64,000 nt of DNA, from the NCBI GenBank assembly GCA_963708295.1, contig CAVPSJ010000019.1:64001-128000 (forward strand), given 5' to 3'. The stretch comes from an uncultured delta proteobacterium. Its GTDB lineage: Bacteria; Desulfobacterota; BSN033; UBA1163. Within the stretch, counting starts at the first letter, position 1, and each line of letters starts with the position of its first letter. The translations under genes were made by a program, and so were the position numbers. Shown piece by piece: positions 29,157 to 38,439 of this stretch. The notes beneath the pieces were generated by a model. It ran no database searches. It worked only from the letters and a program-made list of their open reading frames with translations, and had not been told where the DNA came from.

Positions 29157-30096
29157 AATCCCTGATCTTGGCTAATTTCAGTAAGCCGGAATCACGCCGG
29201 TGGATGGTCTCCTTGATTTTCTCATCGGTCCATTCATAAAAGCCTTTTCCTGTTTTTACTCCGAGCAATCCTTCGTCGACCATTCTTTTCAAGACGCTCA
29301 GGGGCTTCAAGTCACTGCATAATTCCGGGAAGAGATAGTTTTGCACTTCGTGGCCAAGATCATGTCCTGCTAAATCCATGGTCTCAAACGCCCCGATAAA
29401 GGGAAATCGAGATCCAAAGCTGTATTTGACAACCCTGTCGATGTCTTCAGGACTCGCGATGCCTTGCTCAAACAAAGACAATGCCTCACGAAAAAGGGCA
29501 AGTTGCAATCGATTCCCGAGAAAACCGGGTATGTCCTTAAGAACGCGGACGGGTTCTTTTCCGACCCTCTTCATCAGATCCAGGGTCGTCTGAAATGCCT
29601 CGTCTGAGGTATACTCACTTTTAATCACTTCCACGCACGGAACGGCGTGCGGCGGGTTCCAAAAATGGGTGCCCACAACCCGATCCCTCTTTTGCAACCC
29701 TTCGCTGATCTTTGCTATCCGGATGCCCGAGGTGTTCGTGCACAATAGGGTTTGCGGAGACGTGTGCCTCTCTAACTCGGCAAACACCACCTGTTTTACT
29801 CCGAGATTCTCGCTCACCGCCTCGATGATGACATCCATCCCCTTGCATAGATCGGACATCGTATGACAAAGGTCGATATTCTTTAAGCAACGTTCCAGAT
29901 CGGATTTCTTGATCAACTCTAGATCCAAGAACAATTGGAGATTCTCGCGGATTTTCCCCGGTGCGTCCTTCAGGATCCCGGGATCCTTATCGTAGAGATT
30001 GACCCGATACCCTTTCATCCCAAAAACCTGGGCAATGCCATGGCCCATGAGCCCAGCCCCGACAATACCGACGGCTTTTATTTCTTCAACCTTCAT
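29155..30096 (-). CDS. 3-hydroxyacyl-CoA dehydrogenase family protein
   Basis: GAGLMGHGIA, IEAVSE...K, NTS, GTHFWNPP, PGFLGNR, G.KTGKGFY. Confidence 0.93.
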   Translation of the reverse strand: MKVEEIKAVGIVGAGLMGHGIAQVFGMKGYRVNLYDKDPGILKDAPGKIRENLQLFLDLELIKKSDLERCLKNIDLCHTMSDLCKGMDVIIEAVSENLGVKQVVFAELERHTSPQTLLCTNTSGIRIAKISEGLQKRDRVVGTHFWNPPHAVPCVEVIKSEYTSDEAFQTTLDLMKRVGKEPVRVLKDIPGFLGNRLQLALFREALSLFEQGIASPEDIDRVVKYSFGSRFPFIGAFETMDLAGHDLGHEVQNYLFPELCSDLKPLSVLKRMVDEGLLGVKTGKGFYEWTDEKIKETIHRRDSGLLKLAKIRD

Positions 30097-30242
30097 TCAA
30101 AGCCCCTTTCTAAGGCGCTACGGAGATGTATTTTTCCATTTGGCGGAGAGCCTTTCGACAAACTCAAGGCGCTTGGCGGCTTCGCGCCCCAATCCTCTGG
30201 CGTCTGGAGAGGAAAGAGAGGGAGAGAAGCACGGAAAAAGCG

Positions 30243-31883
30243 CTAAACGGGTTGGTAGGTACTAAAGCGCACGGTCTGAGAGCGGGCACGCGGGTCAGTG
30301 ACAACATTGACCACGGCCGGCTTTCCGGCACGCACCGCGGCTTGGGCGCGTTCCAGACTCGGGCGAATCTCGTCGGGTCTTTCTACGTGCTCACCGTGGC
30401 AACCCAAAGCTTCGGCAATTTTGTCGTAGCGGGTAAAACCCAGGTCGCGACCGGCCATCTCACCGACCCCGGCCCAGCCGCCATTGTTGCTCACGACGAC
30501 CAGGATCGGGATGTTCTGCCGCACAGCAGTGTCCATCTCCATTCCATTCAAGCCAAAGGAGCCGTCCCCACTGAGGACGATCACCTGCTTGTCAGGTTTG
30601 GCTATCTTCGCGCCGAGGCCGTAGGGAACCGCCACGCCCATACAGCCGTTGGCTCCGGCGTTGATGCGATGGCCCGGCGCATAGGTGGGAATCGACTGTC
30701 GCGCGTAATTTAGAATTTCGTGGCCGTCTACCGCCAGGATTGCGTCGCGATCCATAAAATCGCGCACTTCTTTGCACAGACGCAAAGGATGAATGGGCAC
30801 CGCATCGGTGTTGAGCAGCTCCGCCGCTTTTTCCTCGTTCTGGTGCGACGCCCGTCGCAGATCAGCAATCCAGGGAAGGTCCACTGGAGAGGAGAAAACC
30901 CTGCGGGCGACCTCCGTCAGCTGCTCTAAGACGCGTCGCGCATCGCCGACGATGCCAATATCGATCGTGCGATTGCGCCCTAATTCCTCGCGAGAGATAT
31001 CGACCTGGATCATCTTCACATCCGATGCCCAACGCGGTGGCAGGCCGAAGCCCACGATAAAATTGAGTCGGGTCCCGATCATCAGGACCACATCCGCCTC
31101 TCTAAAAGCCTTCGAGCGGGCACCCAGGAAAGAGAGCGAATGGTCCTCCGGGATGACGCCCCGTCCCTGTGGCGTGGTGGCGAAGGGAATACCCGTGGCA
31201 TCGACGAACATCCGGAGGGCTGCTGAGGCGTCAGACCACAGAATGCCGCTGCCGGTCAGAATGAGAGGGCGTTTCGCATGCCTGAGGAGTGCCACAGCTT
31301 CCTCGATCAATTCGGGATCCCCGCCAGGCCGTGGCTGTTTGGGCAGATTCCGCGGAAACGGCACTTCATCCAGTTCTACCTGAGCATACAGGATGTCTCC
31401 CGGCAGATCGAGATAGACCGGTCCCTGCTGGCCCTGGGTGGCCATACGGATTCCCTTACCCATCAGCTCTGGAATGCGCCGCGCATCCGTAACGCGCTCG
31501 GCCCATTTGCACACGGGTTTGAAGATGGATAATTGATCGATCTCCTGAAACCCCCCTCGGCTGTTCTGCGTCATCGGGCTTGATCCTCCCAGCGCCACGA
31601 CGGGCGTGGCATCGAGAAAGGAATTGCCGATGCCGGTCAGGAGATTCGTTGTTCCGGGTCCGGAAGAAGCAAAGCAGATCCCAGGCTTGCCGGTCAGGCG
31701 ACTATAAGCGTGCGCCATCATGGCTGCCGCCTGCTCATGGCGCACGCCAATCGATTTAAGTTGCATCTCTATGCAGAGCCTGGCAACGTCCGACATGGGC
31801 CCACCGGGAAGATAGAAGATGGTGTTGACCCCTTCGTTCATCAGACTTCGCACGACCAGATCGCTCCCGGTCACTTTCGGCAT
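30243..31883 (-). CDS. ThDP-dependent enzyme, oxalyl-CoA decarboxylase / 2-hydroxyacyl-CoA lyase-like
   Basis: RHEQAAAMMA, GPGTTN, GGFQEIDQ, GCMGV, SGDGSFG...NNGGW. Confidence 0.85.
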   Translation of the reverse strand: MPKVTGSDLVVRSLMNEGVNTIFYLPGGPMSDVARLCIEMQLKSIGVRHEQAAAMMAHAYSRLTGKPGICFASSGPGTTNLLTGIGNSFLDATPVVALGGSSPMTQNSRGGFQEIDQLSIFKPVCKWAERVTDARRIPELMGKGIRMATQGQQGPVYLDLPGDILYAQVELDEVPFPRNLPKQPRPGGDPELIEEAVALLRHAKRPLILTGSGILWSDASAALRMFVDATGIPFATTPQGRGVIPEDHSLSFLGARSKAFREADVVLMIGTRLNFIVGFGLPPRWASDVKMIQVDISREELGRNRTIDIGIVGDARRVLEQLTEVARRVFSSPVDLPWIADLRRASHQNEEKAAELLNTDAVPIHPLRLCKEVRDFMDRDAILAVDGHEILNYARQSIPTYAPGHRINAGANGCMGVAVPYGLGAKIAKPDKQVIVLSGDGSFGLNGMEMDTAVRQNIPILVVVSNNGGWAGVGEMAGRDLGFTRYDKIAEALGCHGEHVERPDEIRPSLERAQAAVRAGKPAVVNVVTDPRARSQTVRFSTYQPV

Positions 31884-31951
31884 GGTTCTCCTTGCAGAGC
31901 TTTATTGTTGTAATCCGTCACCCAGTTCTGGATTTTTTTGCAAATTGTTTG

Positions 31952-31985
31952 GACGGTTTGTGAAATAGGCGTCACAAAGTCCGTC
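31952..31985. promoter_or_regulatory. Inverted repeat upstream of the ThDP enzyme gene (possible operator)
   Basis: GACGGTTTGTGA-N8-TCACAAAGTCCGTC. Confidence 0.4.
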
Positions 31986-32314
31986 TTTCTAATCTCTTTG
32001 TAAAAGATTGCGACTAGATTTACAACTAATACCGCCTGCGCAGTCCACCTATCTATCGTCGATGGCAAGATGATCTCGGAGTTTAGGATTACTGATCAAA
32101 ATGTGTAAACAAGGTAGCTTACTACATTGGAGATAATACGTACATATCGAAGAATGAGAAAAATCCTTGACAAGTCCCAATTTTTATGCCTTTATTTAGG
32201 CAAATAGACAACCAAATTGTTTTGAAGGAGGTGATGGAATCAGCAATTATTGGAATTTTTTAGCTCAGGGAAATTCCTGATATTATTGATATTATTAAGG
32301 AAGGAGGGAGAAGA

Positions 32315-32878
32315 ATGAAAAAGGAAATATCGGTCATATTGGCGTTTATCCTTACATTCATTATTCACGGGGCGGCTTTTGGTGGGTTCGCACCTCCACC
32401 AGCGATCCCGAAACCTCCCGAGAATCCCACAGGAGCCTATGTCAAAGGTTATTTCACTGTTGCTTATGACAAAGCCCATCTCGCCCAGTTCACACACTAT
32501 AATGTTCACTTTGTGTTAGAATGGGACAGGGCCGGCGTAGGAGAAGGGATGGTGAAAGGGATTGAAAAAGGAAAAGTAGGCAGTTTCGATTTGAAGGAAC
32601 TCACGGGAAGAGTCATCCCAGTCGAAGCGGTGCATCTTTTTTCTGCAGCCGTTCCCGGACCAGGTCAAAATCTCTGTAATTATACTGATGATTACATTAG
32701 AGCAACAGGCTGGTACCTCCCCGAAACACTGGGTGTTCCAGCGGTCTTTGGTATGCCTGAATTTAAGTATTACATTACGAAACTAAAAATAATAAATAAA
32801 GATTTTTGCGGTGATGTCACTAAGGAAGAACCAGGTGCAATGATCCGTGGAGAGATCGAGATCCTCCTATATAAGTAA
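32315..32878 (+). CDS. Hypothetical secreted protein
   Basis: Purine-rich SD, signal peptide, Pro-rich N-terminus, followed by a hairpin. Confidence 0.75.
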   Translation: MKKEISVILAFILTFIIHGAAFGGFAPPPAIPKPPENPTGAYVKGYFTVAYDKAHLAQFTHYNVHFVLEWDRAGVGEGMVKGIEKGKVGSFDLKELTGRVIPVEAVHLFSAAVPGPGQNLCNYTDDYIRATGWYLPETLGVPAVFGMPEFKYYITKLKIINKDFCGDVTKEEPGAMIRGEIEILLYK

Positions 32879-32901
32879 TCTGATAATGATTCATTAATGG
32901 A

Positions 32902-32927
32902 CAGGTGGAGTCTTAGCGCTCCACCTG
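32902..32927 (+). terminator. Hairpin, probable terminator
   Basis: CAGGTGGAG-N8-CTCCACCTG just after the stop. Confidence 0.55.
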
Positions 32928-33218
32928 CTTCCTCGCATTGGATGGAAGTGCTCTTTTCTCGTCCCCTTCTCCCTTATGACGATTATCCCTTATAATCTGG
33001 TATAGTCATGGGGGCCTCACCTTGAGGATTTCAGGAAGGAAGAGTTGAAAAGGAGCTTGTTTAGTTCACCACAAGTCAATACGGGCAACCATATTCAGGA
33101 ACCGAAGATTACGACTTGAAAGTAAGCCTAACGATGCCGGTGACCGGTGGGTTTTAAAGCGTAAGGTCGAGCAGCTAATTCGCAACTTCCCATAATATAC
33201 GAGAAATCGGTTCCCGAT

Positions 33219-33401
33219 TCATAGATCCTTTCTCTCCTTTTTCAAATAGAATGATTTTAATTTTAAGGTATTCACTTCTGTTAAAATCTGTCTCCTCCTG
33301 TCTTGGGATTCAAGAACAGCCATATCGTTTACAATCTTCTTAACTGCAAAATCCATCCCATCCGAAGATTTCTTGAACATGTCCCCCTCCTTGATGTTCA
33401 T
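33219..33401 (-). CDS. Small hypothetical protein
   Basis: AAAGGAGGG SD before ATG; 60 aa. Confidence 0.6.
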   Translation of the reverse strand: MNIKEGDMFKKSSDGMDFAVKKIVNDMAVLESQDRRRQILTEVNTLKLKSFYLKKERKDL

Positions 33402-33511
33402 AAAGGCCCTCCTTTCATGCCCTTTTCCGTAGGATATTTATTATGAAAAATTCAACAAAATAAATGCCCAGGAATTTATAGCTTGAAAATGGGTCAACCG
33501 GGAATCAGGTA

Positions 33512-34213
33512 TCATGAAAAAAGATCCTTAATTCGTTCCCATATTCCCCTTGATCTGACTACAATATCTGACTGGTCACGAACGCTGGAGGCAGCAGCAA
33601 GAGGTTTATCCAAAAGCTGAGGGCGGAATACCTTAAAATTAAACACACGAGGTGCATTATGCCATTCTATCTTTTGGCCTACAGCAAGATACCAGTCGAT
33701 CAAACCAATGATATGAACACGATCTTCGGCTTTATAGGTGACAATTCTTATATTTTCGTTGGTTTTATTAGTGAAGGTGACGTTTTTCTTCCGCTGGCCC
33801 GAAATTTTGATATTCTTCCGGTCGCCCGCGATTTCTACGTCCGAACCGATGATCCCACTTTCCGCCAAAATTCGTTCAAACAAGCCGCTGGCGTTGGGTT
33901 TGACGACCTTGAACCGATAATTGTCAAGCGGATAGGTTACGCTTTTGTCGGGTTTCAGAACCCACCCCGTCCTGGCGACCCATCGAACCCAATCGTCATC
34001 ATTATAGACATAAACCCTTACAGTCATTTTTGACCTGTTTGTAATGGTCATATTTTCAGGTACATCGGGCCTTGCAACCTCAACTTTTACCTGATCACCT
34101 TTTGTCGGAAATGGCAAATCCTTGGTCAAGCGGGATAACAGATTGGGTCCAAGGAAGTAAATTATAAGGAAGATCGCAACGAGGATCGAAAGAAAACCAA
34201 TAACTTTCTTCAT
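33512..34213 (-). CDS. Hypothetical membrane-anchored protein with two internal repeats
   Basis: N-terminal TM helix; repeats NMTITNRS...FKVVKP and NVTFTNKT...FKVFRP. Confidence 0.75.
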   Translation of the reverse strand: MKKVIGFLSILVAIFLIIYFLGPNLLSRLTKDLPFPTKGDQVKVEVARPDVPENMTITNRSKMTVRVYVYNDDDWVRWVARTGWVLKPDKSVTYPLDNYRFKVVKPNASGLFERILAESGIIGSDVEIAGDRKNIKISGQRKKNVTFTNKTNENIRIVTYKAEDRVHIIGLIDWYLAVGQKIEWHNAPRVFNFKVFRPQLLDKPLAAASSVRDQSDIVVRSRGIWERIKDLFS

Positions 34214-34352
34214 TTTAATCCCCCTAGAAGGTTAAGGTTCAGTTGGTAGGATGGCTTCTAACGTTTTATTGGGGGGTTCCCTCATCCACCCCCAAAAGGT
34301 GTTTAAGAGGAGGGCAATGAAATGAGCGAAATTAACCGCCTGCTTAGAGAGA

Positions 34353-34368
34353 AGCATAATATATGCCG
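34353..34368 (-). promoter_or_regulatory. Candidate sigma-54 promoter
   Basis: CGGCAT-ATATT-ATGCT, GG-N10-GC spacing, upstream of the 34213 start. Confidence 0.45.
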
Positions 34369-34900
34369 GGTATAATGGTTTGAAATGAGAGAGATTTTAT
34401 TTTGAGGTTATGGTCAAATTGACAATTTTGTTACCGTTTAGGACAAATTGGTACTACCCTTGTCATCACCACAGTTCAAAATATATATAGCCTTAATTGA
34501 CGATTACTCCTGGAAATGTTGTAAAGAGGGTTATAAATTGAAAAACAACATTTCAGGAAGCTACTAAACGAAATTTCCGTTTCGGAATTGTTGGAGCAGG
34601 TTGATAGTAAAATTTGGCGAGTTCATTTACTTATCTTGTTGTGAAATGATTTAGAGGTTCAACGATTACGGGTAACAGTGTGCAGGGTTAAGAGAAGTAA
34701 AACAGGGTTGGCTGCTGGCAGCCGATGCCTTCATAAATTCCTTTCGATTCATCTCCTTTGACATAGACCTCCCCTCCATTTCTCTGATTTTTGAAAGTGA
34801 AAATCCAGAACACCCCCAAAGGGACAGGAATCCCCTGCAGACTTCACTTAAGCAGCTGTGCTGGCATGAGCCACTATCTTCCCTTGCTTTGCCGCTTTTG

Positions 34901-35455
34901 CTATCTTACCAATTTAGTAAACTTCGTCCCTTCGATCGTTGCCGCTGCCATCAAGCCCCTCTGACCGAAGAAAAAGGCTACAATGGGGTCCTTCACACTC
35001 ACGGTGTCAAAGGATATTTCCTGCCCTACGTCTATGAAGGATGCGGTCCCGTCGACTCCTGCCTTCCAGCCAGAACTGGCACGGAATTTCTTAAGGGCTT
35101 CGTCTTTCATAAATACAAGTACTAAGTTCATCTTTTGAGCGCCGATCTGAAATCCGACCGAACCAGCTGCGATGCTGTAATATTCAACCGTCTTTCCTTC
35201 AATTCTCAAGGCACCCTCACCGTATAGGCCCCCCACACCAAGTCCTGCCTTAATGATGTTCGGTATGACGAGAACACCTTTCGCATCCCGAAAGAATTCC
35301 TGGCCTCCCTCCACGTGTTGCCGAAATAGCTCCAGAGCAACATTCACCTCCGCATTGAGCTCACCGGCCGTTTTAGCATAGGAAGGTATGGATAGAAAAG
35401 GACTAAGAATAAGTGTCAAACATGCAACCATCCAAAAGATTCTTCCCCTTTTCAT
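34901..35455 (-). CDS. Ysc84/SYLF lipid-binding domain protein, exported
   Basis: AKGVLVIP, GVGGLYGEG, GSVGFQIGAQ, GLMAAATIEGTKF; AAAGGAGG SD. Confidence 0.88.
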   Translation of the reverse strand: MKRGRIFWMVACLTLILSPFLSIPSYAKTAGELNAEVNVALELFRQHVEGGQEFFRDAKGVLVIPNIIKAGLGVGGLYGEGALRIEGKTVEYYSIAAGSVGFQIGAQKMNLVLVFMKDEALKKFRASSGWKAGVDGTASFIDVGQEISFDTVSVKDPIVAFFFGQRGLMAAATIEGTKFTKLVR

Positions 35456-35694
35456 ATTTTTACCTCCTTTAAAATAAAATCCTTTAGTCGATACGAGTCT
35501 ACTAATTTTGAAAGAATACTTCAACAAGAATTATCAATTCCCATTTGACAGGTTGTACGATGGGGGTTTTAGAAAATCACGAGCACGGGAATATGCTCTC
35601 AGAAAACTGCTTGCGGCTTTTACCCACAAATGTTCTATTCAATAGAGTTTAGATAGCTGATGATTACTATTTGAAAAAGTGGATGAGGGGCGAA

Positions 35695-35916
35695 TCAAAC
35701 TCTTGACATCGGCTGATCAGTAAATTTGTTATAAAGGCGGTAGACCTTGCAGTATTTACAATCCTTAAGAATGCCTATCAGGATTTCACACTGAGTGTAA
35801 AGCACCTCCCAGCATGGTCTTTCGGGATTAAGATAAGCAGGACATTTTTTGTAAACATATTCCGGACAGTCCATTAACTTCAAGCAAGCATATTTGTCCT
35901 TCCAAAAGGCTGCCAC
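35695..35916 (-). CDS. Small Cys-rich hypothetical protein
   Basis: Seven Cys: C-x5-C-x7-CPAY...PCWE...C...CKYC; GGGAG SD. Confidence 0.65.
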   Translation of the reverse strand: MAAFWKDKYACLKLMDCPEYVYKKCPAYLNPERPCWEVLYTQCEILIGILKDCKYCKVYRLYNKFTDQPMSRV

Positions 35917-36015
35917 TTCTTTCTCCCAAGAGTCGTTCTGAATTTGTTATTTAATCTGGCAATTCAAACGTTCCGACCGCCTAATTTTTATAATAGTTGA
36001 TCTGGATCAGTCTCC

Positions 36016-36486
36016 TCAATTGCCCAAGAGAAATATTTTAGATGGATTCTCTACATAATCGGAATATTCTTTTATGGCCTTTTTTAATAGGTCTTTAAGA
36101 TTACTTCCCCTCTCTTTCCTCCTTCTCTCAATAACTGTCCCAAGATAAACCATCGAACGGGTAAGATCATCTCTATGATAGACTTTAAATTCGACGGGCT
36201 TCTTTCCCGACGATAAAAGTTCAGTTTCCATTTTTTCAAAAATGGGGAGGAAACCATTGATCCCCTCTTTCTCAGGATATAATTGCTCCCATTGTTCCAA
36301 CCTTTCCACGAGGCATCCTTTTCCCATTAGCTCTGAAACGCAAAAATGAATTCCTTGATACTGCAGGGAGAAACCACATGGTTTTGCACCAATTAAGCAG
36401 TTGGATATCCTCTGGTTTGCCACCAGCGTAAAAAGGCTCCCTCTACTCATCCTCTTCAATTCACTTCTTCCTTCTAGAATATCCAT
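36016..36486 (-). CDS. Hypothetical protein
   Basis: ATG 36486 with GAGG SD, just downstream of a sigma-54 consensus. Confidence 0.6.
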   Translation of the reverse strand: MDILEGRSELKRMSRGSLFTLVANQRISNCLIGAKPCGFSLQYQGIHFCVSELMGKGCLVERLEQWEQLYPEKEGINGFLPIFEKMETELLSSGKKPVEFKVYHRDDLTRSMVYLGTVIERRRKERGSNLKDLLKKAIKEYSDYVENPSKIFLLGN

Positions 36487-36523
36487 AGAGACCTCAAAGT
36501 AAAAAGCCCATATTACAGGAGGG

Positions 36524-36540
36524 AGCAAAAGTTGTGCCAA
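36524..36540 (-). promoter_or_regulatory. Sigma-54 (-24/-12) promoter
   Basis: TTGGCACAACTTTTGCT matches TGGCAC-N5-TTGC exactly. Confidence 0.75.
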
Positions 36541-36882
36541 TGAATATAGATTGTAAGATATTGATATTATAAGTATTATTTGTTTAAACATCTTGCGGTG
36601 TGAAATTTTTTTGTACACCTTCTAACATTTTTGGCCATAAGCCTTGTGAAGCGAAATGACTTTTACTATATCCAATTTTGCGAATTGAGGAGATGCTCTT
36701 GATTTGCACTTGAAAGATTGTATTCAGGGACAAAATTTGAAGCCTTAGAAGAGGAAGTACTGTTGCGCGGCGATTCTGGCAGGATTAAGAAACTCAATAC
36801 CATTCCTAATCTCACTTTAATACCTACTTTTTCCTCTCAAAAGTTCGAGATCAGAAGTATGGGTGCTTGAGTGGAATAAGAA

Positions 36883-37089
36883 TTACTCAAGGATCTGGCT
36901 CAGCTTTTTGAGTGATTCCTTCGTAAATTCGATGGCATTTTTGCAGTTCTTCATTCTGGTATCCCATTCTCCTTGCTCTAAGGGGCCGAGTCCGGAAAGA
37001 TCGAGTTGGCTGCAAAACCGCATAGCCTCATCCAGATGAAATCCAATCCGCTCCAATGCCATTCTGTTTCTTTCTTTGTCAATTTCCAT
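36883..37089 (-). CDS. Small helical hypothetical protein
   Basis: 68 aa amphipathic ORF; weak SD. Confidence 0.55.
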   Translation of the reverse strand: MEIDKERNRMALERIGFHLDEAMRFCSQLDLSGLGPLEQGEWDTRMKNCKNAIEFTKESLKKLSQILE

Positions 37090-37271
37090 CGCCGTGGCTC
37101 ATCTCCCTGCCCTTGTTCTTTGACAACTGAGTAAGGTTTTTCTTGAGAAGTGCACTTACAAAGAATTAAGATACGTTCTCTACTTGACCTGAAGATTTAC
37201 GATTAGAATCGAGAATAACGATTCAAGTCGGTGGTGGCTGCAAGCTATCCGGCGGAGTTATTGGTAATGTC

Positions 37272-37655
37272 TTAAAACTTTATTAAGAATACAATTGCCA
37301 TGACCACACCGGCAGTGAACCATAATACCAAGAAGACGGACGCATACCACTCAATTACTCCTTTACCAGAGGCATAAAATCTCGGAAATGCATTCTGTAG
37401 CTTTCTTGAAATTAACCTTGGAGGTCGTTCTGAAAACCATGCCTCAATGCAAATCATCCCCCACGAGGCCACAATTACGAATACTCCAAGCGCCATTGGT
37501 ATTTTAAAAAATGATTGTCCTCCTTCAAGGGCTATGACGGAAAAAGGGATGACAACAAGAGCTAAGCCAACAGTGGCCGAAATCCAAAGAAGGAGTTTAT
37601 GTGGCCTTAACCACCTTGCAATTCTTCTTAATGTATTCGGCGTAAACATCTCCAC
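37272..37655 (-). CDS. Hypothetical membrane protein
   Basis: Three hydrophobic segments; AT-rich. Confidence 0.6.
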   Translation of the reverse strand: MEMFTPNTLRRIARWLRPHKLLLWISATVGLALVVIPFSVIALEGGQSFFKIPMALGVFVIVASWGMICIEAWFSERPPRLISRKLQNAFPRFYASGKGVIEWYASVFLVLWFTAGVVMAIVFLIKF

Positions 37656-37667
37656 CCGTCATTCACA

Positions 37668-38225
37668 TCACCCCAGGATCTTCTTGAGGGCTTCGTCGGT
37701 TTTCTTTCCTCGGGGGCCTTCCCCTGGAAGGTAGAGCATCACTCCCTTGCCACTCCTGAGCGGGACGATTTCAATCTTCCCCTCGGAGACCATCCTGCTT
37801 GTGAATTCGATCGGGTCTTTGTTGAAATGCTTTCGGAAGGCATCATTGAACCCGGTGAAGACGCTGTGGATTCCCCGGTATGGCTCTTTTCTTAGCTTTT
37901 TGATCCCCTCGGTAACGAACTCTTCTTCAGAAAGGGGCGTGCCTCCGGATCCCATAATCAACTGGATGATCTCTTCGGCAGATGGCCTTTTCGGAGCCTC
38001 TCCGGGGAGAAAAAGCATGACCCCTCCTTTAAAAGGCCTCGTCTCTATTTTTCCCTCAGCAGCCAATTTGGAAGTGGCTTCGACCGGATTGGTCTGGAAG
38101 TATTTTCTAAAGGCCTCGTTAAAACCGCTGTAGACGCTATGGATTCCCCGGTATGGATCTTTCCTCAATTTCTTGATCGCCTGAAGGACAAACTCCTCTT
38201 CGGTCAACTTCTTTTCCTCTTCCAT
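37668..38225 (-). CDS. Hypothetical protein with two tandem ~85-aa domains
   Basis: Duplicated EEEFV..IKKLRK.PYRGIHSV..GFN.AFRK.F...P......EGKIE.....GVML.LPGE; GGAGG SD. Confidence 0.85.
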   Translation of the reverse strand: MEEEKKLTEEEFVLQAIKKLRKDPYRGIHSVYSGFNEAFRKYFQTNPVEATSKLAAEGKIETRPFKGGVMLFLPGEAPKRPSAEEIIQLIMGSGGTPLSEEEFVTEGIKKLRKEPYRGIHSVFTGFNDAFRKHFNKDPIEFTSRMVSEGKIEIVPLRSGKGVMLYLPGEGPRGKKTDEALKKILG

Positions 38226-38402
38226 CGGCTTCCTCCGTTCCTACCATCTTTTGCCAAGGGGTAAAAACCCGGCCGGCCTGCCCATCAGGGGCAAAAAAAT
38301 TAGAAAGTTCTAATTCTATTTTAATCTTCTTTTAATGTAGATCGTGTATACTGGTAAGTAAGAATACAAAAAACTCTTTCCTCCTATTTAACCCTTTTCC
38401 TC

Positions 38403-38439
38403 AAAAATCCATCGAGCCCAGTGAACTCGATGGATTTTT
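38403..38439 (-). terminator. Intrinsic terminator after the DGQHR gene
   Basis: Perfect 14-bp stem AAAAATCCATCGAG-N9-CTCGATGGATTTTT. Confidence 0.75.

Noticed and set aside
34657-34730. Fourth attC-like site starting GTTCAAC
   Set aside because: No convincing complementary right arm.
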